DNA of 64,000 nucleotides from Candidatus Nomurabacteria bacterium GW2011_GWA1_36_15 (GCA_000991415.1 LBRM01000004.1:1398-65397); one strand, 5' to 3'. Counted from the first letter of the stretch, positions 28,192-39,120 are shown. Notes: generated by a model not told the origin, from the sequence alone. Program-made: numbers and translations.

Positions 28192-29925
28192 TGATAAACT
28201 CTCCCGTGCAACAAATTAAGGAGAGGCTTTCAATCGAAGAAATAGTCTCTTCCTATATAAAGTTAGAAAAGGCAGGCGCGAATTTTAAAGCCAGATGTCC
28301 ATTTCATAACGAAAAAACACCGTCTTTTTTTGTGTCGCCGGATCGCGCCAGTTACTATTGTTTCGGTTGCGGAGCCAAAGGCGATATTTTTTCTTTTATT
28401 GAAGAATTTGAAGGGCTTGATTTTAAGGGCGCCTTAAAAATCCTGGCAGAGCGAGCGGGAATTCCTTTAGTGCAGTACAGTAAAGAAAAAGAAGGAGAGA
28501 AAGAAAAATTATACCGAGCGATGGAAGAAGCTACCAAATTTTTTGAAAAAAATTTAGCAGAAAATAAGAAAATACTGGAATACTTGAAATCAAGAGGTCT
28601 AGAAGAAAAAACAATCGGAGATTTTAAAATTGGATTTTCTTTGCTTGATTGGAGAACGTTATTTGAGTATTTGAAATCTAAAGGTTTTTCTGATAAAGAA
28701 ATTGAACTTGCTGGTTTGGTAAAGAAGACAGAGAAAGGATTTTATGACAGATTTCGCGGAAGAATAATGTTTCCAATTTCTGATTCAAGCGGTCGCATTA
28801 TTGCTTTTTCCGGCAGGATTTTTGAAGATGACGGTAAATCAGCCAAATATCTGAATAGCCCGGACACTCCAATCTTCAGTAAATCGGCAGTTTTGTATGG
28901 ATTGGATAAAGCCAAAGAATCGATTCGCAAAAATAATTTTTCTATTCTGGTGGAAGGACAAATGGATTTGATCTTATCTCATCAGGCTGGATTTAGAAAT
29001 ACCGTAGCCATTTAGAAATACCGTAGCCACCTCCGGTACAGCTCTTTCAGATGCTACGGTTTCCAAAGAAAATGTCGTTTCAAATTTAGGATTATTACGC
29101 CGTCTTTCCGGGAATATTATTCTGGCTTTTGACGCAGATCGGGCAGGCTTTAATGCTTCTTCCCGGGCCGGCAAAATTGCTCTTTCTTTCGGTATGGATG
29201 TAAAAGTAGTTTCTATGTCGGAAGGGATTGACCCGGCAAGTTTAATTTCCCAAGATGGCACAGATGCATGGCGCACGGCTATTCGTAACTCAAAGCACAT
29301 CATAGAATTTCTTTTGGACAAGATTTTGAATAGCCACAAAGAAGATATGCGCAAGGTTGGCAGAGAAATAAGAGAAAAAATATTGCCGTATGTCGATTCC
29401 ATTGAAAGCGCCATCGAAAAATCACATTTTATTAAAATTATCAGCAACAAATCTGGTATAGCTGAGAACGCTCTTTTAGAAGATCTGAAAAAGGTTCAGT
29501 CTGAATTGAAATTTGAAACAGAAGAGATAAGAACTGCTAAAGAAAATGTGGAGAAAAAAATGAGAAAAGATCCGATTGAACGCAGACTTCTAGGTATAGC
29601 CTTTTGGCAGGAGAACATTCAAGATAAAACCATTGATCCGGAATTGATTTTTCAAAAATTAGACAAAGCGAAAGAAATTTATAAGGATATAGAAGAAGAT
29701 TTAATTTATGAAGCGGAGGAATTTTATTCAAACAGCGAGAATTTGCAAAAAGATGTAGATGAAATGCTGTTAAATATTGAAGAGGAATATTTAAACGAAG
29801 AACTGAATAAAAAGATGGTGGAACTTAATAATTTTAAAAATAAAAAAGAGGAGATGGAAATTTTGAAAAAGATAAATGAAATAATTAAGAAAAAAGAAGA
29901 AATTAGAAATAATCGTAGTCGCTAA
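28188..29925 (+). pseudogene. dnaG: DNA primase split by a 19-bp tandem duplication (probably an assembly artefact)
   Basis: CPFHNEKTPS zinc finger, KYLNSP, VEGQMD; removing one repeat copy restores TVATSGTAL...LAFDADRAG TOPRIM. Confidence 0.9.
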
Positions 29926-29933
29926 TAAAAAAC

Positions 29934-31163
29934 ATGAAAACAAAAAACAAAAAATCAAAGAAAAAAATCGCAAAATCTAAATCAAAAAAGATCCACAAGA
30001 AAGCTGTAAAAAAGGTGACAAAAAAAAGAAAAGCACTTAAAAAATTCAAAAAACCCTTAAAAACAAAGGCTCTAAAAAAACTGACCTCTGCAGAAAAAAA
30101 AGCAGACGCCTTTGCTCGTCTTTCAAGTGAATTGATAGAAAAAGGGCGAAAAAGAGGATTTATCACCTATGATGAAATACTAAAGACTTTTCCGGATGTT
30201 GAAAATAATATTTTCTTCCTAGACGAACTGTATGAGAAATTTGCCATTGCGGGCATAGATGTACTGGAAGGCGGAAACTTGCTTAATCTGGATGATGATA
30301 ATCTTGATAAGGATTTAAATAAATCTACCATCCATGACTCTATTCAAATGTATTTGAAAGAAATAGGACAATATTCGCTTATTCATGCAAGCGATGAAAA
30401 ATATCTCGCTAAACGCATAGAACTAGGCGATCTGGAGGCGAAAAATTTATTAGCCAGAGCGAATCTACGCTTAGTGGTTTCAATTGCTAAAAAATATGTA
30501 GGTAGAAGCGCTAATTTAAACCTCTTGGATCTAATTCAAGAAGGGAATTTAGGACTATTTAAGGCAGTTGAAAAATTCGATTGGACTAAAGGATATAAAT
30601 TTTCCACTTATGCCACCTGGTGGATTCGTCAATCTATTACTCGTGCCTTAGCTGACCAAAGCAGGACCATTCGTATACCGGTGCATATGGTGGAAACTAT
30701 TTCAAAATATAAACAAACATATCGAAAACTTAGCCAAGACCTGGGACGAGAACCGTTAGCGGAAGAAATTGCCACAGAAATGAATATTCCCGTTGAAAAA
30801 ATCCACGTAATTGAAAACATCAGCCAAGAGACTGTTTCTCTAGAACAGCCGGTGGGGGACGATGACGATAAGTCAACTCTTGAAAATTTTATTCCGGATG
30901 ATAAAATTTTGCGTCCGGATCAGGAATCTTCTCGCAGGATCTTGTCCGATCAGATTCGGGAAGTTTTAAACGAACTGAATCCGAAAGAATGCAAAATACT
31001 GGAAATGCGTTATGGATTAGTAGATGGCATTCAACATACTCTTGAACGAGTAGGGGAGGAGTTTGGTGTTACTCGCGAACGTATTCGTCAAATAGAAGCG
31101 AAAGTTCATGAAAAACTTCGCCAACACGAAAAAATCACAAGGTTAAAGAATTATTTTGACTAA
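29934..31163 (+). CDS. rpoD: Primary sigma factor
   Basis: [41 protein letters not shown]. Confidence 0.97.
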   Translation: MKTKNKKSKKKIAKSKSKKIHKKAVKKVTKKRKALKKFKKPLKTKALKKLTSAEKKADAFARLSSELIEKGRKRGFITYDEILKTFPDVENNIFFLDELYEKFAIAGIDVLEGGNLLNLDDDNLDKDLNKSTIHDSIQMYLKEIGQYSLIHASDEKYLAKRIELGDLEAKNLLARANLRLVVSIAKKYVGRSANLNLLDLIQEGNLGLFKAVEKFDWTKGYKFSTYATWWIRQSITRALADQSRTIRIPVHMVETISKYKQTYRKLSQDLGREPLAEEIATEMNIPVEKIHVIENISQETVSLEQPVGDDDDKSTLENFIPDDKILRPDQESSRRILSDQIREVLNELNPKECKILEMRYGLVDGIQHTLERVGEEFGVTRERIRQIEAKVHEKLRQHEKITRLKNYFD

Positions 31164-31189
31164 ATATATTTATATACTACAATATAAAC

Positions 31190-31597
31190 ATGCAAGAAAA
31201 TGGTCCAGAAAAATTATCACCTGAAGCAAAACTAATAGCGTTAGGTGTTTCTGAAAAAATTGCAACTGATAAAATTGCAAGACTGAAAAATTCTCCTGAC
31301 CTTGTTGCGTTGAAGACCAACGTGAGAAGGACATCTCTAAGTATTCCACAGTTTTTATCATTTTTATTCAAAAATTTATATCAACAAAAACAAGTCAAAC
31401 AAAGAGTTATCGAAAGACTTCAAGAATTTAATCTTACGTCCAAAATGACTGATTATATGTTTATTTACGGTGCTGGAGAACCATTTTTGCTATTTTTTAA
31501 TGAGTATAAAAATATTATCCCTAAAGAAAAAGAAGATAAATTTGTAGAAACAGTAAATGATATCATGCTTCAAGAGTTAAGGGCATATTTATTTTAG
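31190..31597 (+). CDS. Hypothetical protein
   Basis: 135-aa ORF with TACAAT 6 nt before ATG. Confidence 0.6.
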   Translation: MQENGPEKLSPEAKLIALGVSEKIATDKIARLKNSPDLVALKTNVRRTSLSIPQFLSFLFKNLYQQKQVKQRVIERLQEFNLTSKMTDYMFIYGAGEPFLLFFNEYKNIIPKEKEDKFVETVNDIMLQELRAYLF

Positions 31598-31717
31598 CTA
31601 AAATTTTTGTCCTCTAAAAAGTATTTAGTGCTAACCCAAATTGGGCTTGTTTACGTATTGTATCTTATTATATCTCAGCCATGGCGTAGATGTACTTTAG
31701 GGTGTATAATTAGAATT

Positions 31718-32086
31718 ATGGTTACAGGAAGAAAATTAAGATATAAAGGTGTATCAGTAAATATGTTCGGTATTCCGAATTTAAGTGAACCTCAAAAAGA
31801 AGAGAAAGTTTTGAAGCGCAAATATCTTCATTCTTTTATATCTGATTTTAAAAAAGATACGCCCAAAAATTTACTACTTATGTATGACATTCCTCACACA
31901 AGAAAGAAGGAAAGAGATTGGTTTCGTCGTCAGCTTAAAAACTTTGATTTTGTTATGATTCAAAAAAGTGTTTGGGTCGGTCCATCACCATTACCAAAAG
32001 ACTTCTTTAATTACTTAAAAAGAATTGGTTTGCAAAAAGAATTTAAAACATTTAAATTAGCTAAATCTTATACAAATAAGGCTTGA
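31718..32086 (+). CDS. Standalone Cas2-like / PaaX-central-domain protein
   Basis: LLMYDIP...ERDWFRRQLKNFDFVMIQKSVW; ATG 31718 lies 7 nt after TATAAT. Confidence 0.7.
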   Translation: MVTGRKLRYKGVSVNMFGIPNLSEPQKEEKVLKRKYLHSFISDFKKDTPKNLLLMYDIPHTRKKERDWFRRQLKNFDFVMIQKSVWVGPSPLPKDFFNYLKRIGLQKEFKTFKLAKSYTNKA

Positions 32087-32264
32087 TTATACTTTCACTA
32101 ATCTACGCCATGGCGTAGATATAGATTGAATATATAAATTCTAAATTAAATGTTGACATCTTGTTGAAGCACTTTTAGGGATGTGGTATAATTATCTTAT
32201 ATTATTTGAACCCACTTAAATCGTCGTTTGGGTGGATATATTATAAATTAACCCTATTAACATT

Positions 32265-32567
32265 ATGTGTAAAGATTGTTGTAAAAAAGGTGGTTGTACT
32301 ACAGCTTTGGTTGGCAAGATTCTAGTAATTGTGGGAGGAGTAAACTGGGGTTTGGTAGGTTTAGGTATGCTTTTAGGTAGTGTGGGGGGTTGGAATGTTG
32401 TAAATATGATTTTGGGTTCTGTGCCTGTGTTGGAAGCAGTGGTTTACGTATTGGTAGGTATTTCGGCTGTGATGATGATTTTTGGTTGTAAATGCGGCAA
32501 ATGTGTGAATGGTGTTTGTGCTTGTTGCGCAAATACGGATGCAAATAAAACAGAGGGAGGAATGTAA
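32265..32567 (+). CDS. DUF378-like membrane protein with Cys-rich ends
   Basis: LVIVGGVNWGLVG...VYVLVGISA. Confidence 0.75.
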   Translation: MCKDCCKKGGCTTALVGKILVIVGGVNWGLVGLGMLLGSVGGWNVVNMILGSVPVLEAVVYVLVGISAVMMIFGCKCGKCVNGVCACCANTDANKTEGGM

Positions 32568-32583
32568 TTTACACAGTTTTTTC

Positions 32584-32619
32584 AAAAAAGAGCGAAAACT
32601 TTTGTATTCGCTCTTTTTT
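32584..32619 (+). terminator. Intrinsic terminator
   Basis: AAAAAGAGCGAA / TTCGCTCTTTTT. Confidence 0.75.
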
Positions 32620-32663
32620 CGTTTGCTTTTTCCATCTAAGATGCTATATTCTAATATATAAAT

Positions 32664-33938
32664 ATGGTTTCATTTTCAGGTGTGGTATTCTATGTTTTGA
32701 CTTTTTTGTCTGTTTATGTGCAGGTGTTTTTTCTGATTACTTTTCTTGAGAATAGAAAAAAAATAATTATAAGAAATGAACCAGTTAAACTTGCTAAGTA
32801 TCCGAAGGTGACAATCATTGTTCCTTGTTGGGATGAAGAAAAAACAATTTACAAAACAGTACGTTCTTTACTTAACTTGAATTATCCGAAAGATAAAATT
32901 GAAATTTTTTTAATCGATGATGGATCCACTGATGGCACCTGGAATATCATTAGAAAATTTGCTAAACCTGCCCGACCCAACGGTCGTTCGGGCGGGTATC
33001 CCAATATAAGAATTTTTCATAAAGAAAATGGCGGTAAGTATACTGCCCTGAATCTAGGTCTCAAATACGTTCAAACTAATTTTTTGGGTTGTCTTGATGC
33101 TGACTCTGTGGCGGACCCCGAATCCCTTGTTCGTGTCATAAGTTATTTTGAAAAGGATCCTAACATTATGGCAGTGGCTCCGTCAATCATAGCTTTCAAA
33201 TCCAAAAATATAATTCAAAATGCTCAAAAAGCTGAATATGATATGTCTGTTTATATCAAAAAAATGCTTGGTTTTTTAGGGGCTATTCATGTTACTCCCG
33301 GTCCGTTAACCATCTTTCGCAGAAAAGTCTTTGATGATTTGGGTCCTTATCGTCATGCGCACAACACAGAAGACATGGAAATCGCTTACAGAATGCAAAA
33401 AAATCATTACAGAATAGAACAATGCAATGACGCTTATGTTTATACCAATACTCCTTTAACGATTAGAAAACTTTATAGGCAGAGATTGCGTTGGATTTAT
33501 GGATTCATAAATAATACGATCGATTATCGGAAAATACTTTTTAGAAAAAATTACGGTAATTTTTCACTCTTTACCATACCTTCCAGCATTATTTCTATTT
33601 TTGCTGTCGGTTTTCTTTTTGGGAAAATGATTTATAGTTTGGGTAGTTTTTTATTCTCAAAAATTATTCAATTTCAGGCCATAGGTCTTCATTTACCGAA
33701 TAAGGTAGATTATCTTGATCCATTTTTCATCAATACTCAGACTTTATTTTTTATTGTGGTAATATTATATTTTTTGATAATGTTTTCGATAATCTTGGGA
33801 AGAAAAATGACTGAAGGCAAATGGGGTTTTTCTTTTGATATGATTTACTTTCTTTTAATTTTCAGCGCTATTGGCCCGTTCTGGCTTTTAAAGGCGGTTT
33901 ATAATACTGTTTTATCCAGGAAACCAGGCTGGAGATAA
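32664..33938 (+). CDS. GT2 glycosyltransferase (processive, membrane)
   Basis: DDGSTD, DAD, TED, QRLRW, TM helices. Confidence 0.9.
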   Translation: MVSFSGVVFYVLTFLSVYVQVFFLITFLENRKKIIIRNEPVKLAKYPKVTIIVPCWDEEKTIYKTVRSLLNLNYPKDKIEIFLIDDGSTDGTWNIIRKFAKPARPNGRSGGYPNIRIFHKENGGKYTALNLGLKYVQTNFLGCLDADSVADPESLVRVISYFEKDPNIMAVAPSIIAFKSKNIIQNAQKAEYDMSVYIKKMLGFLGAIHVTPGPLTIFRRKVFDDLGPYRHAHNTEDMEIAYRMQKNHYRIEQCNDAYVYTNTPLTIRKLYRQRLRWIYGFINNTIDYRKILFRKNYGNFSLFTIPSSIISIFAVGFLFGKMIYSLGSFLFSKIIQFQAIGLHLPNKVDYLDPFFINTQTLFFIVVILYFLIMFSIILGRKMTEGKWGFSFDMIYFLLIFSAIGPFWLLKAVYNTVLSRKPGWR

Positions 33939-33978
33939 AGAGTAGTAAAAAGTTTGTAAAGTAATCAAGTTATAAAGT

Positions 33979-34680
33979 ATGGAAAATAATACTCATATTG
34001 ATTGGAAAAAATATGTAATTGTCTTTTTGTTTACGGTTGGACTTTTTCTAAGCGCCAGTTATGTCAGCAATTATTTTGGCAACAAGAAAATTGATCAATT
34101 GAAATTGATTCAAGATAAAATTTCTATCGATATCTTATCTTCCGAGACTCAATTTTCGTTACTCTCAGAACTTTCTTGTAAAAATATTTCTGATTCTATA
34201 ATTTCTGGTGAGCTCGGCGAGCTAGGGCGTAAACTAGAATGGGGACAGGAAAATATAGGTATGACTGATACAGTTTCCTATTTGAAAAAATATTATTCTC
34301 TGCTAGAAATTAAAGACTATCTTTTAACAAAAAAGATTTCTGCCCGTTGTAATACAAAATCCGCATTTATTCTTTATTTTTATACCACCGCGGAAAATTG
34401 CAGTGAATGTGAAAAGCAGGGACTAGCCCTTTCAGCTCTCAGGGATAAATATCCGGAACTCCGCGTATACTCTTTTGATTATAGTATTGATCTTTCAGCT
34501 GTAAAGGCGATGCTTCAAATATACAAAATAGAAGATACAAAGCTTCCCGCATTAGTTATTGATGAAGACGTATTGACTGGTTTCCATAGTATAGACGAGC
34601 TTGAAATTCGCGTAAAAGAATCTTTCAAGCTTCAGGAAACGAAGCCGGAAGAGGCTGTTCCACAAAAAACTCAGTTATAA
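33979..34680 (+). CDS. Membrane-anchored thioredoxin-like protein
   Basis: N-terminal TM; YFY...CSEC; LPALVI. Confidence 0.55.
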   Translation: MENNTHIDWKKYVIVFLFTVGLFLSASYVSNYFGNKKIDQLKLIQDKISIDILSSETQFSLLSELSCKNISDSIISGELGELGRKLEWGQENIGMTDTVSYLKKYYSLLEIKDYLLTKKISARCNTKSAFILYFYTTAENCSECEKQGLALSALRDKYPELRVYSFDYSIDLSAVKAMLQIYKIEDTKLPALVIDEDVLTGFHSIDELEIRVKESFKLQETKPEEAVPQKTQL

Positions 34681-34770
34681 ATCTTTTCTGGCGGACAAAA
34701 CGAAGCCAGTGCCCGCAGGCGAAAAGCTTTATAACTGAGTTTTTTTAGTTTTCCACAGTTTCACCTTGAC

Positions 34771-34789
34771 TATACCCCCTAGGGGTATA
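34771..34789. promoter_or_regulatory. CsoR-type operator
   Basis: TATACCCC-CTA-GGGGTATA overlapping TTGACT/TATACT promoter at the head of the copper cluster. Confidence 0.8.
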
Positions 34790-34806
34790 TACTTTTAATA
34801 AATATT

Positions 34807-35214
34807 ATGAAATATTTATTTACATCAATTTTAATTATTAGTTTCGTCGGGATAGCTATTTTGGGCTTTTCCATTTTTAATCATGGTATGAGTAACGCAG
34901 ATTATAGCTGTGTCACCTCTCCAATAGATGGAACAGTATGTCCGACCAATATTGTCGCTATGACTTTAGACCATATCTCTACCCTGCAGGCGCTTACAAT
35001 ATCAGTAACGCCATTAGTTTCCAGTTTGCTATTATTACTCGCGTCTTTGCTTCTCATTTTATTTTTGGTATTTATATTTTATAAATATTTGTTATATCCA
35101 AAACTTGAATTGTTATTCCAGCGTTTTAAAAGTCTGGTATTTAATTTTTTGTATAGTCAACGAAAGATTATTTCTTGGCTTTCTCTTTTGGAAAATAGTC
35201 CCTCTGTATCATAA
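34807..35214 (+). CDS. Hypothetical membrane protein
   Basis: Two hydrophobic segments; first gene after CsoR operator. Confidence 0.65.
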   Translation: MKYLFTSILIISFVGIAILGFSIFNHGMSNADYSCVTSPIDGTVCPTNIVAMTLDHISTLQALTISVTPLVSSLLLLLASLLLILFLVFIFYKYLLYPKLELLFQRFKSLVFNFLYSQRKIISWLSLLENSPSVS

Positions 35215-35306
35215 AGAACATCTCAAAATACCTTCTTTTTATTAGATTTTTTGAGATGCGAAAATCCTTAGTCGAGGATTTTTTAATCATTTAATACTTA
35301 AACTTT

Positions 35307-35819
35307 ATGAAAACAAAAACCATTATTTCTATTCTTATTGTAATTTTCTTTATCGCAGGGCTCTATATCTGGGGTTATTCTACTAAAGGCGGTACAGCTA
35401 ATTCTGTTCAGGATGCTCCAACTCTAAATATTTCCAATGGTTCACTTGTTGCTGCGGAAAAATTTTATGATTTTGGCGCAATCTCGATGAAAAACGGGGA
35501 AGTGGCCAAAGAATTTACAATAACTAATCCTAACGACGGAGATATTATTCTAAGCAAGGTATTGACTTCTTGTATGTGTACAAACGCGTATATAGTAAGA
35601 CCAGATGGCAGTATGAAAGGTCCATTTGGTATGGCTGGACATGGAGCTTCTTCGATTGACGAAGTTATAAAGGCCGGAGAAAATCGAATTGTTCGGGTAA
35701 TCTTCGACCCTAATGCTCACGGACCAGCCGGTATTGGGAACATAGACAGATTTATTAGTCTAACAGATACCTCAGGCAATACGCTTCAACTTGAAATAAA
35801 AGCATTGGTAACTCCATAA
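35307..35819 (+). CDS. DUF1573-like Ig-fold protein
   Basis: YDFGAI...F.ITN...TSCMCT...FDPNAHGP. Confidence 0.7.
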   Translation: MKTKTIISILIVIFFIAGLYIWGYSTKGGTANSVQDAPTLNISNGSLVAAEKFYDFGAISMKNGEVAKEFTITNPNDGDIILSKVLTSCMCTNAYIVRPDGSMKGPFGMAGHGASSIDEVIKAGENRIVRVIFDPNAHGPAGIGNIDRFISLTDTSGNTLQLEIKALVTP

Positions 35820-35824
35820 TAATT

Positions 35825-36604
35825 ATGAAAAAAATTACAACAGTATTAATAATCATAGTTCTTGCCATTGTTGGCATAGTTATTTTGAAGAACAGTTCAG
35901 TAACTGCTTCATTTATCTGGGACTTAAGCAACAAAGGCGCATGGCTTTTGCCTCTCGTTTTAATTTCTGCGCTTCTTGATAGCGTGCATCCATGTTCATT
36001 CTCCATTCTTCTGATTACTATTGCATTTCTGTTTGGTATACAAATGACCAGGAAAAAAATTCTTCAGATAGGCGGAATATACATTGCCGGGATTTTTACG
36101 GCCTATCTTTTAATTGGTCTCGGTATTTTAAAAGTTTTGCATCTTTTCAATACCCCGCACTTTATGGGGAAATTAGGTGCAACTCTTTTAATTGTGTTTG
36201 GAATTATAAATCTGGTAAATTATCTTTTTCCAAAATTTCCAATCAAATTCAAAATTCCATCAGTTTCTCATACGGCAATGGGAAAGCTAATGGAAAAAGC
36301 TTCTTTTCCAGCATCTTTTGGCTTGGGTCTGTTGGTTGGTATTTGTCAATTTCCATGTATGGGTGGTCCATATCTTATGGTAATTGGATTATTGCGTGAT
36401 CAAGTTACATATTTTAGCGGTTTTGGTTACTTAGTACTCTATAATTTAATTCTCATCATACCTTTGGTGACAGTACTTTGGATAACGGCTGATAAAATAA
36501 TTGTTGATAAAATGCAGGAATGGAAAAAAACAAATATGCAAGGAGTGCGATTTTGGGCCGGCCTTGCTATGATTATTATTGGTATCTTAATCTTTTTTAT
36601 CTAA
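35825..36604 (+). CDS. CcdA/DsbD-type transmembrane electron transporter
   Basis: DSVHPCSF and FPCMGGPY, multiple TMs. Confidence 0.8.
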   Translation: MKKITTVLIIIVLAIVGIVILKNSSVTASFIWDLSNKGAWLLPLVLISALLDSVHPCSFSILLITIAFLFGIQMTRKKILQIGGIYIAGIFTAYLLIGLGILKVLHLFNTPHFMGKLGATLLIVFGIINLVNYLFPKFPIKFKIPSVSHTAMGKLMEKASFPASFGLGLLVGICQFPCMGGPYLMVIGLLRDQVTYFSGFGYLVLYNLILIIPLVTVLWITADKIIVDKMQEWKKTNMQGVRFWAGLAMIIIGILIFFI

Positions 36605-36608
36605 AATT

Positions 36609-37511
36609 ATGAATAAATTTTTGAAAGAATATTCTCTTCAGATGAGTATAGTTGTTACTGCTCTTGTTTTTGCCGGCGCTTGGATATATACGGCGGGGTT
36701 GAAAGATAGAATGCAACAAAAAGCGAATGTTGCGGTAAATCAGGATGAAGCTTTAATGTCTGGATTAGAAGAATCTGTTTTACCTTCGGAAGGCGTTATA
36801 TTGCCAGTAGTATGGGGAGACCTTGGAAAAAAATTAGCTGATACTGGCATAATAGACGAAACTAAATTCAAAGCTATTTACGAACAAAGGGGAACCTTTA
36901 CTGATGAATATAAAAACTTACTTCTTGGGGAAAACAACGGCAAGTTAAAAATAACCAAAGAAAATTCCGGTTATTTATTAAATATGCTTTGGGCTCTTGG
37001 TTTAGCAAATAAAAATTCTATTTTAGAGACAGGTGAAATGATGAATCCAATATATGGCGGAGCGCAAAATTTTGCTTCTACTGGCGGCTGGAATTTGGCT
37101 AGAGGAAATGCAATGGATCATTACAGTATGTATAAATTGTTTATTTTGACACCGGAACAGCAAGCCCTGGTGGAAAAAATATCTATGGGTATTTATAGAC
37201 CATGTTGTGGCAATTCAACTCATTTTCCTGACTGCAATCACGGAATGGCAATGTTGGGACTTCTTGAACTTATGGCTTCGCAAAATGTGAGCGAACAAGA
37301 TATGTGGAAAACTGCTCTAGTAGTTAATTCTTATTGGTTTCCTGATACATATATGACTATAGCGACTTATATGCAAAATAAAGGAATTGAATGGAAAGAT
37401 GTGAGTGCGCAAGAGATACTTGGAGCCGATTATTCCAGCGCAAGAGGATATCAAAACATAGCTTCTCAAATTGTTGTGCCAAAACGACAGCAAAATGGAT
37501 GTGGAATTTAG
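36609..37511 (+). CDS. Hypothetical exported Cys/His-rich protein
   Basis: N-terminal TM; RPCCGNSTHFPDCNHGM. Confidence 0.7.
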   Translation: MNKFLKEYSLQMSIVVTALVFAGAWIYTAGLKDRMQQKANVAVNQDEALMSGLEESVLPSEGVILPVVWGDLGKKLADTGIIDETKFKAIYEQRGTFTDEYKNLLLGENNGKLKITKENSGYLLNMLWALGLANKNSILETGEMMNPIYGGAQNFASTGGWNLARGNAMDHYSMYKLFILTPEQQALVEKISMGIYRPCCGNSTHFPDCNHGMAMLGLLELMASQNVSEQDMWKTALVVNSYWFPDTYMTIATYMQNKGIEWKDVSAQEILGADYSSARGYQNIASQIVVPKRQQNGCGI

Positions 37512-37545
37512 TAAAAAATTATAAACTTAATTAATAAAAAATATT

Positions 37546-38076
37546 ATGACAACAGAACATAAAGTTATTGGAGGAATTATAATACTAACATTGGTTATTA
37601 TATTCGGTAGCGTGTGGTTTTCCAGTAAACAAGCGGTAGAAAATAAAGATAGACTCAGTAAACCCATGATGGGAGAAAAAATGGCAGATGAAGGTGCACA
37701 GCATGTCAAAGAAGGAGAATCACATGAACCATATAATTCAAATCCCCCGACTTCTGGTCCGCATTGGGCCGATGTGGCAGGACCTGGGATAAAAGACGAG
37801 TTTATTCCTGACGAACTTGTTCTTCACAGTATGGAACATGGCGCGGCGGTCGTGTGGTATAGGGAAGGATTGGATTCAAATGAAGTAGATAAAATTAAAC
37901 AAGCATTTAATGATTCTTCTGGAAAGAAAATAATATTAGCTCGCGAAGATCTTGATGTGCCAGTCGCTTTAACGTCATGGGGCTATCTTTTGAAACTTCA
38001 GACAATCGATGAAGCAATGATTAAAGAATTTATTGAAACAAATAACGATAGGGCACCAGAGGAGGCGCCTATTTAA
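37546..38076 (+). CDS. DUF3105-like protein
   Basis: YNSNPPTSGPHW, LHSMEHGAAVVWY, ALTSWG. Confidence 0.8.
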   Translation: MTTEHKVIGGIIILTLVIIFGSVWFSSKQAVENKDRLSKPMMGEKMADEGAQHVKEGESHEPYNSNPPTSGPHWADVAGPGIKDEFIPDELVLHSMEHGAAVVWYREGLDSNEVDKIKQAFNDSSGKKIILAREDLDVPVALTSWGYLLKLQTIDEAMIKEFIETNNDRAPEEAPI

Positions 38077-38107
38077 TGAATTGTTCATCCACAGCTCTCG
38101 ATTTGAC

Positions 38108-38127
38108 ATATAGGGTATAGGGGTATA
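38108..38127. promoter_or_regulatory. Second (degenerate) CsoR operator in csoR promoter
   Basis: TAGGGTATAGGGGTATA directly after TTGACA. Confidence 0.6.
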
Positions 38128-38171
38128 TAGTATAAGTAAGGTCGAAATTTATACATTAATTTATAAAATTT

Positions 38172-38444
38172 ATGTTGGATCAAAAATTAAAAAAGAAAGC
38201 GCTTCACAGAGCAAGAATAATTCGTGGTCAAATTGAAGGCTTAATAAAAGCGATAGAAGAGGAAAAGTATTGTATTGATTTAATAACACAGTCGAGATCA
38301 GTGCAACTCTCTCTAAAAAGTATGGATAGAGTTCTTTTAGCAAATCATCTTGGCAGTCATGTAAAGCATATGCTTAATGATACAAAACAAGAAGGTAAAG
38401 CAATTAAAGAACTTGTAAACCTATACGCATTATCAAATAAATAA
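38172..38444 (+). CDS. csoR: CsoR/RcnR-family metal-sensing repressor
   Basis: [12 protein letters not shown]...YCIDLITQ...LANHLGSHV. Confidence 0.85.
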   Translation: MLDQKLKKKALHRARIIRGQIEGLIKAIEEEKYCIDLITQSRSVQLSLKSMDRVLLANHLGSHVKHMLNDTKQEGKAIKELVNLYALSNK

Positions 38445-38455
38445 AACAAAATTAT

Positions 38456-38704
38456 ATGATGTATGGAATATATAATGGTTATGAAGGATGGGGTGTGGAG
38501 AATATGATGGGTTTTTGGGGAGGTGGTATTTTGATGATTTTATTTTGGGCCATAGTTATTTATTTTATTGTTTGGCTTGTTCGCAATAACAAGGCAAATG
38601 GAAAGGATAGTAATAAAGCCCTCGATATCTTGAAAGAAAGATATGCAAAAGGCGAGATAGATAAAAAAGAATTTGAAGAAAAGAAGAAAGAATTAAATGA
38701 TTAA
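38456..38704 (+). CDS. SHOCT-domain membrane protein
   Basis: [23 protein letters not shown]. Confidence 0.85.
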   Translation: MMYGIYNGYEGWGVENMMGFWGGGILMILFWAIVIYFIVWLVRNNKANGKDSNKALDILKERYAKGEIDKKEFEEKKKELND

Positions 38705-38727
38705 TTATAGTTTAATATATAAAATTT

Positions 38728-39114
38728 ATGGAATTTGATTATACCTTAACTACAACTAAAACTTTTGACCAGACAGTTAAAAGAATACAAGATGAAATTG
38801 CCAAAGTCGGCATGCGGGTTTTATACATTCATGACGTTCAAAAAACTTTAGCCGAGAAGGGCTTTGAGAGAGAACCGTTTAAGATTGTCGAGTTTTGTAG
38901 CGCGAAATTTGCCAACGAGTTTTTGAATAAGGATATAAAAATCGGTCTTTGTCTGCCATGCAAGATAAATGTATACACCAAAGACGAACAGACTTTTATT
39001 TCTGGTATGCGTCCAATTGTTCTGCCACAGTTTTTCCCGCAGGCCGATTTAGGAGAAAGGCCCAAAGAAATTGACCAAATCATTCAAAACATTATCAATA
39101 ACGCGATAAATTAA
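38728..39114 (+). CDS. DUF302 protein
   Basis: HDVQKTL, IVEFC, IGLCLPCKINVY. Confidence 0.85.
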   Translation: MEFDYTLTTTKTFDQTVKRIQDEIAKVGMRVLYIHDVQKTLAEKGFEREPFKIVEFCSAKFANEFLNKDIKIGLCLPCKINVYTKDEQTFISGMRPIVLPQFFPQADLGERPKEIDQIIQNIINNAIN

Positions 39115-39120
39115 CTATTT

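Noticed and set aside
31607-32120. CRISPR-Cas locus suggested by Cas2-like and Cas4-like genes
   Set aside because: No repeat-spacer array or cas1 anywhere in the window; the two genes are about 30 kb apart.
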